Shown here one piece after another: positions 61,470 through 64,000 of a stretch of 64,000 bases of DNA (positions within the stretch are counted from its first letter, which is position 1; each line of letters starts with the position of its first letter). Origin of the DNA: Sphyrna mokarran (Eukaryota); assembly GCA_024679065.1 (NCBI GenBank), contig JAGIQG010000010.1:40114001-40178000 (forward strand), given 5' to 3'. The notes below the pieces were generated by a model that was not told where the DNA came from, ran no database searches, and worked only from the letters and a program-made list of their open reading frames with translations. A program made the position numbers and the translations under genes.

Positions 61470-62470
61470 GGATGGAAGGGCAGCATCAAGATTTCTTGAC
61501 CCTGCCATCGAGATGGTGGTAGTGACATTGAGAGACTACAGTCCTATCTTGCTTCCAGAGATCAGGGGGAGGAGGTCCATCCCCTTACAAAACAGGCAAG
61601 GCTGCAGGTGATGCAGTAGGTGTCTCACTGTCGTGCAGTGAAGAGACATATATTCAGGGCTGGAAGCAAATCAATGATCTACTGCAGTCAGGGAAAGTGA
61701 GTGTCATGAAATCCACAGTTGGCACACTTAAAGGATTAAAAAGAGTAGCTGGCCCATGCACTGCAATGCTTTAATGTAAACAAGTCCGATTAGTGCAGAG
61801 CTTTGTGTGGCCAAGTGCCCTCCATGTCCAATTAAAGAGTTTACCCATGGCCATTCATATTAGAATGGACTATGAAATGAATGTTCTGAGAAACATTACA
61901 TGGAGCAAGGTCTTTGCAGGAGCAACTAGGAGCCCTCTCATTCATAATATTATTTTTTACTTCACCTTGTAGGAGAAAGGATGTAATATGCCTGGGAATG
62001 GATTTGCACCAGAAATGCTTTACTCTCAATCCTGACGGAAGAGGAGACCATGGAGATTGACAGGGTTTCAGTAGGGCATACAGTCACTGAGGGTGAAATG
62101 AATCAGAAGAAAGGGTGAAAGCTTAATATGTACCACAGATCTGCAGCAGCTCACTTATCTTTGCTCCTGTATTCATTTGCTCTCAATTGAAAACCAGCTA
62201 GAGGTATGTAGAAGCAAACAATAGAGTGATGTGAGCTGCACTAATTGAAGTCTTCTCTAAACCACAGGACTAATGTCAGAGGAAAAGCAGCAGAAGGCAA
62301 GGGGTGAGGCAATGCTCAACATTGTAGGGATCAAGAACACATTCAATCTCCAAGTATACAGGCACCTTCATGGAATGTAGTATCATATAGAATAGTTGGC
62401 ACATCACGAGGTGCATTCCACACATGAGCAGTGTGAAGAACCCCATGGATCGCCATGGAGCCATCAACTG
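61470..62470 (+). pseudogene. Harbinger Myb/SANT-like (NAIF1/MSANTD-type) partner gene relic with intron
   Basis: RAASRFLDPAIEMVV...RGRR...LTKQARLQV...VKR.YIQ..KQINDLLQSGK, then donor gtgagt (~61697). Acceptor ttgtag (~61971), then EK...TEEETMEI...EGE. Confidence 0.65.
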
Positions 62471-62479
62471 AAATAGCCA

Positions 62480-63213
62480 AATTTACTGAACCCTCAAATA
62501 AAGAAATTATGCAAAGATTCCATTTTTACAGCTTTTACTTTAAAATAAATCAAAACCAATACAAATAACACATGAATTACAGGCAAATAACACTTCAAAT
62601 ACAAAGTAAACTTCACTTGAAGATAGTTGGTAAAATAGAGATATGTCTCACACAACTAGAAGCCTTCCCCTTCACATGCATTATGTAGTTCTATGATACA
62701 CTGTTTTTTTTTCACGCAGGGTCGGTCATCCTGTTCAATGACAACTTTTACCCCCAAGTTTTACAGATATGATTATCAACTGCAAGAGACATTCCTGCAA
62801 AATCTGTTCCCCTCAGGTCACAACAATCCCAATGGTGTAGCTTTCCAAAATTTCTTTTTAACTGACCAGCTAAAAATATTCTGGTTCACAGTTTGACACT
62901 GCCACTGAAACAGCCAGCTACTTGCATCTCTAAGCTTTGCATGCAGCCTTGTAGGTTTTAGATTTTTTTTAGCCCTCTCGCACAGTGTCAAAAGCATATG
63001 CATCTGTGTACTGACTGCCTTTTGCCTGGAGATCTCTTTATCTGTCTAGCACACATCATCTTTATCTTGACTTTCTTCATGTTGGTACTGCTTCCAGGTG
63101 GAGGGTCACCAAGTCACATGCATCAGTATTTCATATTATTACTACAGTTGACCTTTACACTATTGATACAAACTTTTAAAGATCCTCTCTAAACATTCTT
63201 AAAAATAATGACA
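62480..63213. mobile_element. Probable solo LTR related to 41016
   Basis: Shares gtaaacttcacttgaag and its surrounding context with 41090-41240; ends ...atgaca. Confidence 0.4.
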
Positions 63214-64000
63214 GGTTTCCCTTACAACTCAGAGAAATTATTAGTGTTCTCTTCTGAGTCAACAGCCTTCAGAATATATCCTCAGCTGAGAGCTGGAAGG
63301 AGCTGAATACATATGAGATCAGGACAACACTCACCTTCTCTCCCAAGGAATTACAAATCCACCTGCTCTTAGAGGCCTGAGATCCTCATCAAAAAGAATA
63401 CATATGTCCAGGACAATCAGCTGACTGCAAGAGGAGACACTGTTGCTCGGTTCAGTTAAGGATGATGAATATTTGCCAACGTACTCCACCATGAGGTCAA
63501 GTAACTAACTCCTGCACCTCTGCCACTGTCTCTGTGGTGCTCCTCTGCTGTGTTTGAATGTGTTGCTGATCCTGCTGCTCTCCACAGTGGTTTGTCCAAC
63601 CACTAAATAATGGACTCTATGTCAGAGGGTGCCTTTCAAACATCAGCCTGTGCAGTCCAGTTGTCTTGGCAGTTTATGCTGTCACAATGCCAACCAACGT
63701 GAGTATATTTGAATTGGGTATATCAGCCATCTCAGAGCAACGTTGCCTCGGTGTCAGATGTCTGACTGTGAAATAAACATCCTTGCTGTCTTCCCCCTTT
63801 ATACTGCTGACTTGAGTTCAATTTCAATAGACAATGGCTTCTCACGGTTCAAATGCATCATTCATAAAATTGAATTGATTATCAAAAACAGGAGCTAATT
63901 GCCCTTTTAAATACCTTAATTGCCCACCCACTGCTGCAGCCATGTAACTATTGTTGCTGGGAGCCTGCTTCTGGGCGAAAACATATAAAACTTCACCAAT

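Overview
Eukaryotic, repeat-saturated intronic or intergenic DNA, most likely from a shark. The inference rests on abundant HE1/V-SINE-type tRNA SINEs, CR1 LINEs, Rex1/Babar, RTE and Penelope elements. No host protein-coding exon, rRNA, true tRNA or CRISPR array is recognisable. The only long real ORFs are two frameshifted pieces of a young 5'-truncated CR1 reverse transcriptase (44015-45567, minus strand). Other content: decayed Gypsy LTR elements, relics of both PIF/Harbinger genes (DDE transposase and Myb/SANT partner), and several GGG...CCC-ended MITE families with 3-bp target site duplications (TSDs). The most notable signal is a series of fold-back (palindromic) Penelope-derived insertions with TSDs that carry minimal hammerhead-ribozyme motifs on both strands. 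The youngest (43218-43728) has 226-bp arms and an intact catalytic core, and is the innermost layer of a six-level nest (about 40940-49230). Family assignments come from motif recognition by eye, and boundaries of old elements are approximate.
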